Assembly (NCBI GenBank): GCA_020184695.1 | Contig: JAANOX010000130.1 | Location: 1 to 64,000, forward strand | DNA length: 64,000 nt | Source: Histomonas meleagridis 2922-C6/04-290x | Taxonomy: Eukaryota; Protista; Parabasalia | Reading direction: 5' to 3' | Shown: piece after piece, positions 33,148 to 44,369 of the stretch | How the letters are laid out: each line of letters begins with the position of its first letter | Numbering within the stretch: the first letter of the stretch is position 1 | Made by a program: the position numbers and the translations under genes | The notes under the pieces: model-generated | What the model saw: the letters and a program-made list of their open reading frames with translations, nothing else | What the model was told of the DNA's origin: nothing | Databases searched by the model: none

Positions 33148-33684
33148 TTATTGAGCAGCCTTTGCCTTTTTTTCTCTCATTCTCCTGCTACGAGCGCGGC
33201 GTGCGGCGATTTGTTGTTGAAGATTCTTTTCACGTTCGTTTTCAACTTTGAGGGTGTGGATGTGTTCCATTAAAACGCGCTTGTTACGGAATTCATTACC
33301 CTTTGCTTTGAGATATAATTTGCGATATAAGTGGGAATCGATTTCTTTCTTCTGTTTGAAATCTCTGAGTGTACGACGAAGAACACGGATACGACGGATC
33401 CATTGCCACTTTGAGTTAAGACGGGCATTACGTGTACCACGGCGTTTACCATAACCCCTATGACGACCAAGACGCTTTGCAAGAACACGCTTCGTGTGGC
33501 GAGCACTTGAATGCATGGCAACTGGGCGACGAACAATGATACCATCACCAACAAGCTTTCTGATTTGTTGGCGAGAGTTTGCCATGGCAATTGTGGATAT
33601 TTCTGTTTCATCCATCCAAACACGGCCAACACCGCAGTTAAGTACTGAAGCAGCTAATCTCTTTTGGAGCTTGAGGCTGGACAT
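33148..33684 (-). CDS. RPL19: 60S ribosomal protein L19 (eL19)
   Basis: [21 protein letters not shown]...[16 protein letters not shown]...KAKGN.F.NKR.L.EHIH. Confidence 0.98.
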   Translation of the reverse strand: MSSLKLQKRLAASVLNCGVGRVWMDETEISTIAMANSRQQIRKLVGDGIIVRRPVAMHSSARHTKRVLAKRLGRHRGYGKRRGTRNARLNSKWQWIRRIRVLRRTLRDFKQKKEIDSHLYRKLYLKAKGNEFRNKRVLMEHIHTLKVENEREKNLQQQIAARRARSRRMREKKAKAAQ

Positions 33685-33759
33685 TAATTAAAGGATCGGC
33701 CGTGTCAAAACCGCTATCGAATCTGGGGTGATCCAAAAAGTTCGTTTAAAAATTGCGGA

Positions 33760-34998
33760 ATGAATGGAGAGATTCCAATTGGAACATTTCTTTCTAAATT
33801 ACAATACTCAGAAAATGAAGGAAAATTACCGCAAATAATTCATGATGATCCGACTATGCCATTTCATTTCGCTGTATTAAAGTTAAAAATTGAAAGTGAA
33901 GCAGACGAATTTATGATTTACCATGTTTCTTCTTTTCCACAAATACGGAGTCTATGTGGAACTTTTCACGCAATGTTTTTTCAATTCAAAGAACTAATGG
34001 ATGAAGATCCATCTTCTTTTGAATCAGAAGGTGTAAGAGCTGCCTTCAAAATCAATAAGCAATGGGACGCATTACTCATATTAATGACAGCATATCGATA
34101 TCCTGAATCATTCCTTGTTAATGCACTCAAACGACTTAATTTTGCCTTAACAAAACTTTTTCCTCGTCCCTCATACTCCTCAGCCGTATTTGTACAAAAG
34201 TCACTTATATGTTTTTCTAAGTATATGTCTAGCGTTGAAGGCATTTCATCAGTTCTTGCACAATTTCCAGCAACCAACCAAACATTACCAATTCTTTCCG
34301 AAACAGACACAGAATTACGTGAAGTTGGTCCAGGTCCTATTATTTCTGGTTTGATTGAAGATTCCATTAATTCCAATCAACTTTGTGTATTTGTATTTGG
34401 CCGCGTTTTATATACTACAATGACCAGTGATCAAATTGTTATATCTGAACTTCTTGTTGCTAACCTTAGTGAGACTACATCCGAATACGAAACAGTTGAT
34501 GGACAACTTTATTGTTTAGCGCGACATTATCATGTTGTTATGGTATCCATTGCGAAACCCGGCGATGGCCTTAAAGTATGTTGTGCGATGCAAGTCACAT
34601 TAATGAAACTTGATCATCAACAATTGATAACTAAAATGCAACAAACATTAGGAAAGAAACTGACACCTAAAAATGCATATGACGTAATGGTCGTTTCTGG
34701 TCCATTTATAGTTACACAGCCACCATTTATCGATGCGCCAATATTCCCACAAACTTCGTCTGAATATAAATTGGCATATAAAGCAAAGGCTACAGCCGCA
34801 GAAATGTACGAGAAAATGGTAAAGTCGGGATTTTATTGCTTTGTTGATTTCAGAATTGCAGACGCTGTATTTAGAGCACAGTTCAAGAAACAAGGAGACG
34901 CATTCACTTTCATGCTTTCGAATAATGAGAAAAAGGTCGATGAAAGTGTAGTAAGCTCAATTCCACATATGCTGAAATCAATTCGTGAGACTTTGTAA
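33760..34998 (+). CDS. Hypothetical protein (412 aa)
   Basis: Long ATG-initiated ORF, divergent from RPL19. No family recognised with confidence. Confidence 0.75.
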   Translation: MNGEIPIGTFLSKLQYSENEGKLPQIIHDDPTMPFHFAVLKLKIESEADEFMIYHVSSFPQIRSLCGTFHAMFFQFKELMDEDPSSFESEGVRAAFKINKQWDALLILMTAYRYPESFLVNALKRLNFALTKLFPRPSYSSAVFVQKSLICFSKYMSSVEGISSVLAQFPATNQTLPILSETDTELREVGPGPIISGLIEDSINSNQLCVFVFGRVLYTTMTSDQIVISELLVANLSETTSEYETVDGQLYCLARHYHVVMVSIAKPGDGLKVCCAMQVTLMKLDHQQLITKMQQTLGKKLTPKNAYDVMVVSGPFIVTQPPFIDAPIFPQTSSEYKLAYKAKATAAEMYEKMVKSGFYCFVDFRIADAVFRAQFKKQGDAFTFMLSNNEKKVDESVVSSIPHMLKSIRETL

Positions 34999-35082
34999 CT
35001 GTTTAAGAATAAATATTTTGTGTTTATATTTATTTTAATATAAAGTTATTTTAATAAGTCAAATATGTAAAGGCTTTAGATT

Positions 35083-35753
35083 TTATTCATTTTTAAAAAT
35101 ATTTTTTATTTCCTCCGAATTTGCATATTCTTATGGTGTTTTTCTTGGAATAACTTTTTCATAATCCACAAGCTTTTTATTATCTCTTTCATGTAAATCA
35201 ATCCCTTTTGACATAAGATACTTTGCAAGAGGAATATTATAGATTACAGCATGCAAAAGTGTTTCCCCACATTATGTATTTACAAAAGATAAATTTTCCA
35301 AAGAATTTTCGTCTGAAAAATAGAAAAAAAGCTCAGTACCAAAATATGCTATACATCATCAGTTGAAATAAAATCTTTAAGCGAATTAGCTGGATGGAAG
35401 GGTCCTTTATAAAAGTTAATTTGATCTCTGAAATTAGTGTCATCCCTTTGGAACAAGAAACCAATCTTGTTCTGTAATATAATTCCTCGAAGGTCTAATT
35501 AAATTTTCGAATTTAAGAGGGTAATACTCAAGCTGGATATCGTAGCTTGTAACCAATATATCACCTGTTAACATGAGAAGGTCTGCAAGTAATTTGGCTT
35601 ATATTCAGAAACGCAAAAAATTAAAACATTGAGTCCACGTTATGTCCCATATATGGGTTCTAAACTCATTGTTAGATTTGGGAGTTCATTGAAAGAGAAG
35701 GTTTTCATAACGAATTTGAATCTTTACTTTCCTTATTCTAAATTGTTTTCCAT
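35083..35753 (-). pseudogene. Decayed ankyrin/DUF3447-family gene
   Basis: Minus strand reads FYKGPFHPANSLKDFISTDDV* ... VNT*CGETLLHAVIYNIPLAKYLMSKGIDLHERD...KTP*EYANSEEIKNIF, with several stops and frameshifts. Confidence 0.65.
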
Positions 35754-35966
35754 GTGATGTGCAAGAACTTTTCCTGAGTTAAATTATCTTTATCAAATGG
35801 AAGTACAAATTACATCTATGTGATTTTATCATTAGAATATGCATATAAAACTATTAAATTGTTTCTAGTTTTAAGAAATAGAAATAATTGATTTTTTTTT
35901 TACTTATAATACAATAATACGCTTCGAAGTGCATTTACAAAAAAATCAAACAAAATTTTATTAAGA

Positions 35967-36707
35967 CTAAAAATCAGAATTTGTAACACGTATAAAATGA
36001 AGCTTATTGGTTGGTGGCTTTGCATCAGTGATTAATCTCTTTAATCTGTTAAAGTTTGAAGTTCTAAATGTTACCATTAGTTTTGAGTCCATTGTAAGTC
36101 TTGGAATTACAGTGTCAATTGGGAACCAATATTGACCAAAGATATGATCACCGATTTCTCTGAAGCTAGTTGCATATGATTTAGCTTGTTTATCTTCATC
36201 TTTATTATTTGACTGAAATGATTCTTCTTCATCCAATTCTTTGGGAAAGATTTCATCATCTACATCACTGCCTTCATATGCAGGTGTGTTATATTCTTCA
36301 ATTTCATTGTCATCTTCTTGAATATCAACAACATTTTCATCTTCAATAATATTATCAAAATTATCTTCATCCTCTGATGGTGAAATTACCTCACTTTTTG
36401 TAATAGGAGTTGAGTCTTCTGACATTTCATCTGCATTGTCTGACGTAAATAAACTTCGTGATGATTGAAACGATCGCGTTTTTATCAAACTCTGTGAGTT
36501 ATTTTGAAGAGAATAAATTCTCTCTTTTAATTGTCTTACTTTTGGTGTTTTTGCTTCTTTTTTAGGTATTATAATAGCATCATCTTCAAAAAATATATTT
36601 CCACTTTCTTGAAAAAGATTTGCTGCTGTACCAAAGTATTTAGGAATAGGTGCGCCTTGATGTAATTCACTTAGTTTCTTTTGTACGTATTGATCCCATT
36701 TATCCAT
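35967..36707 (-). CDS. Hypothetical acidic low-complexity protein (246 aa)
   Basis: ATG-initiated ORF with a D/E-rich centre. Confidence 0.7.
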   Translation of the reverse strand: MDKWDQYVQKKLSELHQGAPIPKYFGTAANLFQESGNIFFEDDAIIIPKKEAKTPKVRQLKERIYSLQNNSQSLIKTRSFQSSRSLFTSDNADEMSEDSTPITKSEVISPSEDEDNFDNIIEDENVVDIQEDDNEIEEYNTPAYEGSDVDDEIFPKELDEEESFQSNNKDEDKQAKSYATSFREIGDHIFGQYWFPIDTVIPRLTMDSKLMVTFRTSNFNRLKRLITDAKPPTNKLHFIRVTNSDF

Positions 36708-36766
36708 TTGATGTTAACGGTTTCTTTTATTAACTAAGTTTGTTCGAAAGTTCACACGTTAACTCA
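36708..36766. promoter_or_regulatory. 59-bp bidirectional promoter
   Basis: Head-to-head ATGs at 36707(-) and 36767(+). Contains GTTAACGGTT (36713-36722) and CACGTTAAC. Confidence 0.6.
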
Positions 36767-38227
36767 ATGGAAGAAAATAAAGAAACAACAGAAGATTCAC
36801 CAAAATCTACACCTAAAATGCGTAGATCAAGCAAGCGTCCAGGCTTATCAAAAAATGATATATCATATGCACAATCCAGAAAAAAATACATGAATTATTT
36901 AACAATGTCTCCAACTACAATGATTTTTTCGTTGGAAACAAGCCAAATTAAAATTGGTTTTTCTAATAGAAGTACTCAATATAAATTAGAATCTTTTAAT
37001 GATTCAACACAGACAGAACCTATATCATATTCCGAAAACGGAATACAAATTCCCGAATTCGAAAGCAAGCCACGATTTCCATCTCTTATTCACTTCTTAA
37101 AATCAGCAAGCATGACTATTTCGACACTTCTTGAACAATCTCAATTTCAAACATCACAATCATCCAATACACCTCTCATTAGCATACACAAATTTACCAC
37201 AGATACAGTTCCTTTACAAGTCGAAACCACTGCCAATCGAACATTTGCATTAATATCAGATCCTTCTCCATTAGGTAAAATTGTTGTTTGGAACGCTACA
37301 AGTGCACAAGTTTCATACAATCTGATTTCTTCTGCTTCACCATCATGTTTTACACTTCATAATGAAGGAAGATTTGTTATTTCTGGCACTGAATCTGGAT
37401 CATTACTTTTATGGGACATGCATAAAATTGACGTGATTAAAGAAAAGGGAACATCATTAGTTATCCAGCCCCATTTTTCAACTGATTCCTTATATACGAA
37501 AAATCATAATTATCCAATCACATCAATTACATCATTTGGAAATATCGGTACAAGTGTGGTCTGTGCACTTGATAAATCATCCATTGTTTCATTTTGGTAC
37601 ATCCAAAACGAGTCTACTGATGTTTGTTTAGTTAAAGCGGAGACCGTTAAAATCAGTTCTGGATTTTTACCTTCGTTTTCCCTTTGTATGTTTCCAGATT
37701 CTGTTAATTCCTTTTTGATTGGAAGTGGAAACAGAATATTTAATTGTTGTAGATTTGGTGGTTCTACTTCACCAACTTTTTATCATTCCAATTCTATCAT
37801 TAGACATATATCCTTTTGCTTAAAACTTCCAACTATTTTTGCAACAGGATGTGATAATGGTAAAATTAGTATATATAATGTACTTGAAGCAGATCCAATT
37901 TTTGAAATTCAAGTAAATTTGTCAATGGGCGAAATGTCTCCAATTTGGTCTCCAACTCGCGCTTCGGTTTTGTTTGTTGCTGATCATAACGGAATGAGAA
38001 TACATATCTATGATTTCTTAAAGTCGCTGAGATTGCCTGTGTTTACTTATAAGGTCGGAAGTGCCGCAATAAGTATAAGTGTGAAGGAATCAACAAAAGG
38101 AGTAATTATGGCGGTAGCTGAGGGAGGAATGGCTGTGAACGTTTTTAGGGTGGCTGATGAACTGTCAAAGCCATTATCGGATGATGAAATGAATAAGTTC
38201 AAATTGATTGTGTTTAATGCAAAATAA
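36767..38227 (+). CDS. WDR60: Dynein-2 intermediate chain WDR60/FAP163-like
   Basis: STQTEP light-chain-binding-like motif, WD40 repeats, GSLLLWD...FSTDSLYTKNHNYPI and WSPTRASVLFV, which resemble WDR60. Confidence 0.75.
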   Translation: MEENKETTEDSPKSTPKMRRSSKRPGLSKNDISYAQSRKKYMNYLTMSPTTMIFSLETSQIKIGFSNRSTQYKLESFNDSTQTEPISYSENGIQIPEFESKPRFPSLIHFLKSASMTISTLLEQSQFQTSQSSNTPLISIHKFTTDTVPLQVETTANRTFALISDPSPLGKIVVWNATSAQVSYNLISSASPSCFTLHNEGRFVISGTESGSLLLWDMHKIDVIKEKGTSLVIQPHFSTDSLYTKNHNYPITSITSFGNIGTSVVCALDKSSIVSFWYIQNESTDVCLVKAETVKISSGFLPSFSLCMFPDSVNSFLIGSGNRIFNCCRFGGSTSPTFYHSNSIIRHISFCLKLPTIFATGCDNGKISIYNVLEADPIFEIQVNLSMGEMSPIWSPTRASVLFVADHNGMRIHIYDFLKSLRLPVFTYKVGSAAISISVKESTKGVIMAVAEGGMAVNVFRVADELSKPLSDDEMNKFKLIVFNAK

Positions 38228-38493
38228 AAATTATATATAATATAGATTTGATTTTTAAATACTCATAAATTTATGATTAACAAAACAAAAAAACTTCTTA
38301 GAGCTGCATGTGAGTTTTATATTCATATTAATATGTAGATTAATTTTTTATTTCAAATTACTTTTATTCATTTGAATCAAAATAATAATAAAGTAAAGAA
38401 ACAAAGTTAATCTTATTTAGTAGGTATAAAAAAGCAAAATAAAAAATTAGCATAAAAGTAATAACTTTATTTATTTCACTATAAAAAGACACC

Positions 38494-39027
38494 TTATCCA
38501 AGTGATTGTAATGCAAGCATTCCGACTGAATACAAAGCACCTTTGGCTGCACCACTCTTGATACCTCTAAAGCCATCAGGAATACCAAGGATAGCACCAG
38601 CTGTAGTTCCTGCTATGATTTTGTCATAGAATTTTGCTTTTCCGCGATTGCATGCTAGAGTGCTTTCTATGTACTGTGTAATACCTGCTTCAATACCTAA
38701 CTGAGCTCCCGTTTTAAGGCCCGTTAGAGCGCATTCTTTAAATGAGAATTTGCTTTTGTCAGTAAATAAAATTGAGGCTGCATAAGATCCTGAGCCAATT
38801 GCAAAACCAAGAGCACCCATAGAGGCTGCTGATCCTAAAGATTTTGCGAGGTTTGATTGTCCTAAATCACGATACAAAACTTCTTCAGGAGTTATTGGTA
38901 ATAGAAAACGAGCAACTTGATTAACTGTCATTGGTGATATATCCATTTTGTTAGGCTCTGGTTCTTCGAATTTAATAGGCTTTCTGTCTTCTTTTAGTGG
39001 AATTGGGCGTCTTGTTTTATTGGACAT
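38494..39027 (-). CDS. Tim17/Tim22/Tim23-family membrane protein (probably hydrogenosomal)
   Basis: Gly-zipper TMs and the RGKAKFYDKIIAGTTAGAILG motif typical of the family. Confidence 0.75.
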   Translation of the reverse strand: MSNKTRRPIPLKEDRKPIKFEEPEPNKMDISPMTVNQVARFLLPITPEEVLYRDLGQSNLAKSLGSAASMGALGFAIGSGSYAASILFTDKSKFSFKECALTGLKTGAQLGIEAGITQYIESTLACNRGKAKFYDKIIAGTTAGAILGIPDGFRGIKSGAAKGALYSVGMLALQSLG

Positions 39028-39328
39028 AATTCAGCAAGTTCAGATATTGTAAACGGTCATTAATAAAACTTCAAGAAGCAAAGGAAGCAGAAAATGAGCT
39101 TTTTTGTTTGTTATTGACTTATTAACCTTATACATAAATGGTTTAAATTATTGCTATCAAATTATTTTTGTATTTTTTTAATCTAAAATTAATATGTATC
39201 TGATTTCAAATTCATTATAATTTACACCAAAATTCATGGATATCTTAAATAATAGAGAAGTTGGGCAACATGGATATCAAATGATTTATCTATAAAAAAC
39301 TGCAAAAAAAAAAATTTTTTTATTACAT

Positions 39329-39347
39329 TAACGGTTTTCACAATCAA
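39329..39347 (+). promoter_or_regulatory. M3 + Inr core promoter of the RhoGAP gene
   Basis: TAACGGTT-T-TCACA-ATCAA-ATG. Confidence 0.65.
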
Positions 39348-40154
39348 ATGACACTAGCAGACCCTGCGCCTGGACCGCATTTTTTCACTAAACGTCTTGT
39401 AGAATATAATGGTAAGGTTCCTTTTATAGTCACAGATCTCATCAAAGAAATGAAAGTACTTGACTCAGGGAAGATAGAAGGTATTTTTCGAATTAGTGCA
39501 CAAAAGAGTACAGTTGAAAACTTGTGCTTACTTCTTGACCGTAATAGAGTTAAAAATTGGCAAGGCTATGAAGATCCTCATATCATTGCAGGTGCACTCA
39601 AACGTTATATCAGAGAATTATCTGGCTTAGACCCACTTATTGGTGAAGATATCTATGACAAGATAAATACAGCAATGCAATGTTCTACAAGTGATGAAAC
39701 CCTATTCACCGAGCTTCATAATCTTGTTTCTCAAGGATGTCCAACAAGACGAAATACTCTTGCCTATCTGATGCACTACTTCAACGTCATTACAACAGAG
39801 GTAGAATTTAACAAGATGGATGCTTCTAATCTGTCAATCGTTTTTGCGCCATCCTTATATCCACGAACGGATTCTGTTGCATCTGGAAGTTCAATGAAAG
39901 CAATTGAAGTTATGATCAAAGATTTCGACAAAATTTTCGATGCTGAATGGTATGGTCCAAATGTTGAAATGACTGATGAAGATATCGAACGAAGTTCCGA
40001 ACCAGAAATCGATGAATCCGATGCAGCCCTTGAATCAGTCAGAAGGCAATTGATATCAAAGTCTCTCATGAAGCTTGATAGAGAAAACTTAGTTTCGATC
40101 TTGGGCTTACAGAGACCAGATAGGAAGCCACCTCAAATTGAGATGGAAGAATAG
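39348..40154 (+). CDS. RhoGAP domain protein
   Basis: VPFIV...EGIFRISA (arginine finger), IAGALKRYIREL, NKMDASNLSIVFAPSL. Confidence 0.93.
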   Translation: MTLADPAPGPHFFTKRLVEYNGKVPFIVTDLIKEMKVLDSGKIEGIFRISAQKSTVENLCLLLDRNRVKNWQGYEDPHIIAGALKRYIRELSGLDPLIGEDIYDKINTAMQCSTSDETLFTELHNLVSQGCPTRRNTLAYLMHYFNVITTEVEFNKMDASNLSIVFAPSLYPRTDSVASGSSMKAIEVMIKDFDKIFDAEWYGPNVEMTDEDIERSSEPEIDESDAALESVRRQLISKSLMKLDRENLVSILGLQRPDRKPPQIEMEE

Positions 40155-40535
40155 AAAAATATGCAATTGCGCGTGATTATTCTAAAAGAACGGAATGTAT
40201 TCACAAATTTAATATTTTTTATTTACAAATTTGTGAGCTTATTTTTTTCGACTGAAACAAATACAAAGCTCACTACTATTTAGATCAAATCATTAAAGCA
40301 CATTTATAACACAAGTGCTGCAAAACGAATTTGGTCGTTCTTGATTTGTTTTGTTAACGGTCACCTATCCGAACAAAAAAAAATGAAATTAGAGCATATT
40401 ATCTCTCTTGAAACAAGAATTCTTCGATTGTTGATTTTTTTCTACAGATTTACACATTAATATAGAATATTAAAAAAAAATCATAATTTCGAAATAATTA
40501 AGCTTTATTATAACAAAAGATAAAACAGAGAAATT

Positions 40536-40721
40536 TCAATTAGAAGAAGGCGTACTTGACACGTAATCATCTGTGGGAGATTCTGAATCATCTTCATTTA
40601 TAATAACTTGAAATTGTAAAAAGTCTTTACTACGCATAACATCTGGGAATCTATTAGCAGGTGGTGGAAGTGATAGTTCGTCAGAAGAGCTGAGTGCAAT
40701 CTCATCCAATTCGTTGCACAT
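40536..40721 (-). CDS. Candidate microprotein (61 aa, acidic/Ser-rich)
   Basis: ATG preceded by an Inr-like TCACA and an M3-like GACGGCT. Higher GC than its flanks. No homology recognised. Confidence 0.45.
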   Translation of the reverse strand: MCNELDEIALSSSDELSLPPPANRFPDVMRSKDFLQFQVIINEDDSESPTDDYVSSTPSSN

Positions 40722-41339
40722 TTTTTTGTGATTTTTGCTGACGGCTATTTGAAAGAGATTATTTCAGGTTTTTCAATTGAAATTATTTCAGGTCACTTTT
40801 TTCCTACAGTATCCAACACAAAATTGAATGATTAATCTTGGCAATTTGACAGACAAATTAAATTTTGTGAGTACAGTTCTGACGTTTTTCTCCATTTTAT
40901 CGACTCTAATTTTTGTAGCATTCCACAAAAAAATGTAAAAACCTCAAAACTTTATAAGCAACAGTACTTTTATTGAAAAAATATATCAATAACCTGTAAT
41001 ATTTACAAGTAATTTGCAATTCGATCACATTTTTAAATTAATTAAATCATTCATAAAAATTATGAATATAAAAGATACGCAACAAATACAAAATGTTTGC
41101 ATAAATATCCTTAATATTAATTTATTGTTTAAATCAAATCATCTGTTTAAAATTCGAAAATTGAAAAATATCAAATAGCATAACTAATGTTAACGAATGT
41201 ATTTTATGTGATTTTAATAATGAATAACACAAAGAACACATAATTAACCCAAAATTCTGATCTGTAAAAATTGACTAAGTCTGTTCACTCACTTTGATGT
41301 CTTTTTGATGTTCTAATTAAAGAAGGAATTTAAATTTTA

Positions 41340-43454
41340 CTACATTCCATAAGCGAGTCCTATTCCATAGTACACACTCATGCATGCGATCAAGCATGCT
41401 ATAGTTACTATTATTCCCCACACTATCATTTCTTTTGATGTCAAATAAGCCTTTCCTGAAGTATCCTGTAAAGTTACTGTACAAATGTTTGGGAATGAAG
41501 ATACAGGCAATACTTGAGAAGCTGTTGTTGTCATACAAGCGCACATGGCATAAAGAGCCAAATGACCAGAATTTGCAGCGAATGTACAAACCAAGGGCAA
41601 TGTAATCATTGATGAAACAGTATGCGTTAATAATATATCTATAACCAAAACGCATGCGTTTACGACCAATATTGAAACCCATAAACTTGTACCTCCCAAT
41701 AAACTTTGAAGGAGGTTCTTAGCAACGTCCATTAAACCAGAATCAGTAACAATTTTACATAGTGCATTACCACCCATTAACATAAATATAATATTCCAAG
41801 GCAACTCTGTAATTTTGGAAGGATTTAATATTCCGACTCCATAAAACATTAACACTGGAATTAAACCTACAACACCATAATCCGAAAATGCCTTATTACC
41901 ACCGAATGGTAATGATATCCAAATTGCTATAGTTGCGAGTGATATAATCGAAACATACCATTGCATCCAACCGAACTCAGTTTTAGAGTTTGGTACTGGT
42001 GGAACCTTATCAATATCCATTTTATATTTAATTTGTAATATTCCCCATGCAATTAAGCAACATACTAATGCATAAGGTAACGCGGTAGCAAAGAATTCAA
42101 CGAAACCTACTGATACATCTAAGTTATTTTCACGTGCAGCTTGATCAACAGCTTCAACAGTAACAGCATTTTGAGGTGATGATAAAGGAGTCATCATACC
42201 TCCGAGGTTACCACCCACTGCTACAGCGAACAACATTGCCTTAATATATTCTGAATCACGTGGAATTTGTTTCATTGTTGGTACTATTAATGCTACAACA
42301 ATCATTGTACTAGTAATATTTGATATCCACATAGCTATAAAAGCATTAAGTATAATCAATACCAAAAGGAAAAATCGTTTGTTACATGCAGCCTTTTGGA
42401 GAATCACTGTAGCTATACGTTTGTCAAGTTCAGTTTCACGTAAAGCTGCAGCTATTGTAAAACCACCGATTGTAAGGAAAACGGTTGATGACATTGTTGA
42501 TTGATGAATAACTTTACCCACAGTTTCAAATGAGTCAGGTAATACACCACAGACTACACCGAGAAATGGAATACTTAATGAAGTTAACCATAAAGGAACT
42601 GCCCCAGTCGCCCATAGAATTGCAGCAAAGAATACAATTCCAAGACACCGCTGAGCGCTCATCTCAAATTTCAGAGTGAATTGAAAAAATTGAAAGGCAA
42701 GTAAAACCGCGAGTGAAATCACCAACGGTATGAATTTGATACTAGCTGGTGCTAAAAGAAGCTCATTATGACGAAACGTCATAGCTTCGAACTTAGAAAG
42801 AACTGTGGATTGTTTCCAAAGTAGAGCATTTTCAACTTGGGAATGTAACTGCATGATGATATCAGAGCGGGAAACATGTTCGGTGTTTGTTGAGACACGA
42901 CGTTTCATCGTGACAAACAAATCTTCAAGAGAAGATATTAAAACAGAAATCTCTGAGAGAGAGCCAAATACATCACTTTCAATGGATAAGTACTCTTCTC
43001 GGAATTCTGGTTGATTTAGAAGGCGTGCAAACTTTTTTACTATCTTTTCTCCACCGGTTTTGTTTACCTCTAAAAAGGTCCTTAGCTCATAGACAGTAAG
43101 CATTTCTCCATAGATTCTCTTATGGAATGACTTTTCGGCTTCGGCGGACCTTTCATCCGTTTCAAGCTGATCTTCAAGATCCGCTCGAATCTCTTCAATC
43201 GACTTCTCGATTTCTTCATATTGCTGGGAATAAAACGTGGCAATTTGATTGATACTTTCACGAAGCGCATGAAGAAACCGATCATAACATGCGCTCTTAA
43301 ATGATTCTATGCTTGATTGAGATTCAGCAATATCGACCGACTCATCAATCTGCGTTAGGAACTGCTTTATCATCTTCTTGAATTCTTTATATGGGAGATA
43401 TTGATCATACCATTGCTTAACAGCGACAAATCGCAACTGTTTACCAAATTTCAT
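41340..43454 (-). CDS. SPX-domain SLC13/CitMHS-family phosphate transporter (Pho87/90/91-like)
   Basis: MKFGKQL...W..QYLPYKEFKK (SPX), then WISNITST, NLGGMMTPLSSPQN and LPVSSFPN transporter motifs. Confidence 0.93.
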   Translation of the reverse strand: MKFGKQLRFVAVKQWYDQYLPYKEFKKMIKQFLTQIDESVDIAESQSSIESFKSACYDRFLHALRESINQIATFYSQQYEEIEKSIEEIRADLEDQLETDERSAEAEKSFHKRIYGEMLTVYELRTFLEVNKTGGEKIVKKFARLLNQPEFREEYLSIESDVFGSLSEISVLISSLEDLFVTMKRRVSTNTEHVSRSDIIMQLHSQVENALLWKQSTVLSKFEAMTFRHNELLLAPASIKFIPLVISLAVLLAFQFFQFTLKFEMSAQRCLGIVFFAAILWATGAVPLWLTSLSIPFLGVVCGVLPDSFETVGKVIHQSTMSSTVFLTIGGFTIAAALRETELDKRIATVILQKAACNKRFFLLVLIILNAFIAMWISNITSTMIVVALIVPTMKQIPRDSEYIKAMLFAVAVGGNLGGMMTPLSSPQNAVTVEAVDQAARENNLDVSVGFVEFFATALPYALVCCLIAWGILQIKYKMDIDKVPPVPNSKTEFGWMQWYVSIISLATIAIWISLPFGGNKAFSDYGVVGLIPVLMFYGVGILNPSKITELPWNIIFMLMGGNALCKIVTDSGLMDVAKNLLQSLLGGTSLWVSILVVNACVLVIDILLTHTVSSMITLPLVCTFAANSGHLALYAMCACMTTTASQVLPVSSFPNICTVTLQDTSGKAYLTSKEMIVWGIIVTIACLIACMSVYYGIGLAYGM

Positions 43455-44004
43455 TTATCTTAAATAAACTTTTTCAATACATTGTAAATCTATTTTATAA
43501 ATAAACCATTGAATTAGCAATTTTGGCTATGGTCGACCAAAATTGGTATTCAATTACCAGTTTTTGAATGTTCAGCGAATTTTACTAAAAAAACATTTTT
43601 GCGATTTATATATTTCATAGCGTAACAAAAGTTACTGCAATTTGATGTCCTTATTTAAGACTTTATGATATATAAAAATAATATAAATTATCATGGACAA
43701 AGTCACAAAAGTGAATTACTTACAATTAACGGCGTGAGTTAATTTTGTTGTAAACAGATTTGTCAAATTTCATGTAAGACACTGAAATCAGTTGAAGTAG
43801 AAAACTTTTTCTTGAAGGTTTATTAGTTGTATAATAGTGTGTATGCTTATTAAATTCTATTTCATTTCATTTCATTTTTTCTCTTTTGAAAAAAATTTTG
43901 GGTGTATACCATTTTGTTAATGAGAAACATCAACAAGAAAAGGAAATGGCTTTATTTGAACGTTAAGAATAATATTATTAAAGTTATGTAACGTTTCACA
44001 TAAA

Positions 44005-44301
44005 ATGTCAGATTCGAATGAGATCCTTCAAAACATCCAAAATAAACCAGGAGTGCTCGGAACAATTATAATAACTCCTGACGGCATCCCTATCAAAACC
44101 ACTTTCAGTAATACTGAAACATCTAGATATGCTGGATTTGTATCAGACTTTATAAGACAGACAAACTCAACACTTAATGCAACAAAAACCAAAGAAAAAT
44201 TACAATGTGTTCGTGTACGGTCGTTTAAGAATGAAATTCTAATTTTTCCAGACAAATCATTCATTCTTATTGTAATCCAAGACACATTTACCACCAATTA
44301 A
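44005..44301 (+). CDS. DYNLRB: Dynein light chain roadblock/LC7
   Basis: IQNKPGVLGTIII..DGIPIKTT...RVRSFKNEILIFPDKSFILIVIQ. Confidence 0.9.
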   Translation: MSDSNEILQNIQNKPGVLGTIIITPDGIPIKTTFSNTETSRYAGFVSDFIRQTNSTLNATKTKEKLQCVRVRSFKNEILIFPDKSFILIVIQDTFTTN

Positions 44302-44369
44302 AACTATTTGTATTTATAAAAATTAAATTAGATTAATTTTTTTTTTAGTTATTTTGATCAATTTTTTTT

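Noticed and set aside
43519-43559. Two adjacent inverted repeats upstream of the SPX transporter
   Set aside because: 8-bp and 5-bp AT-rich stems are expected by chance at this base composition.
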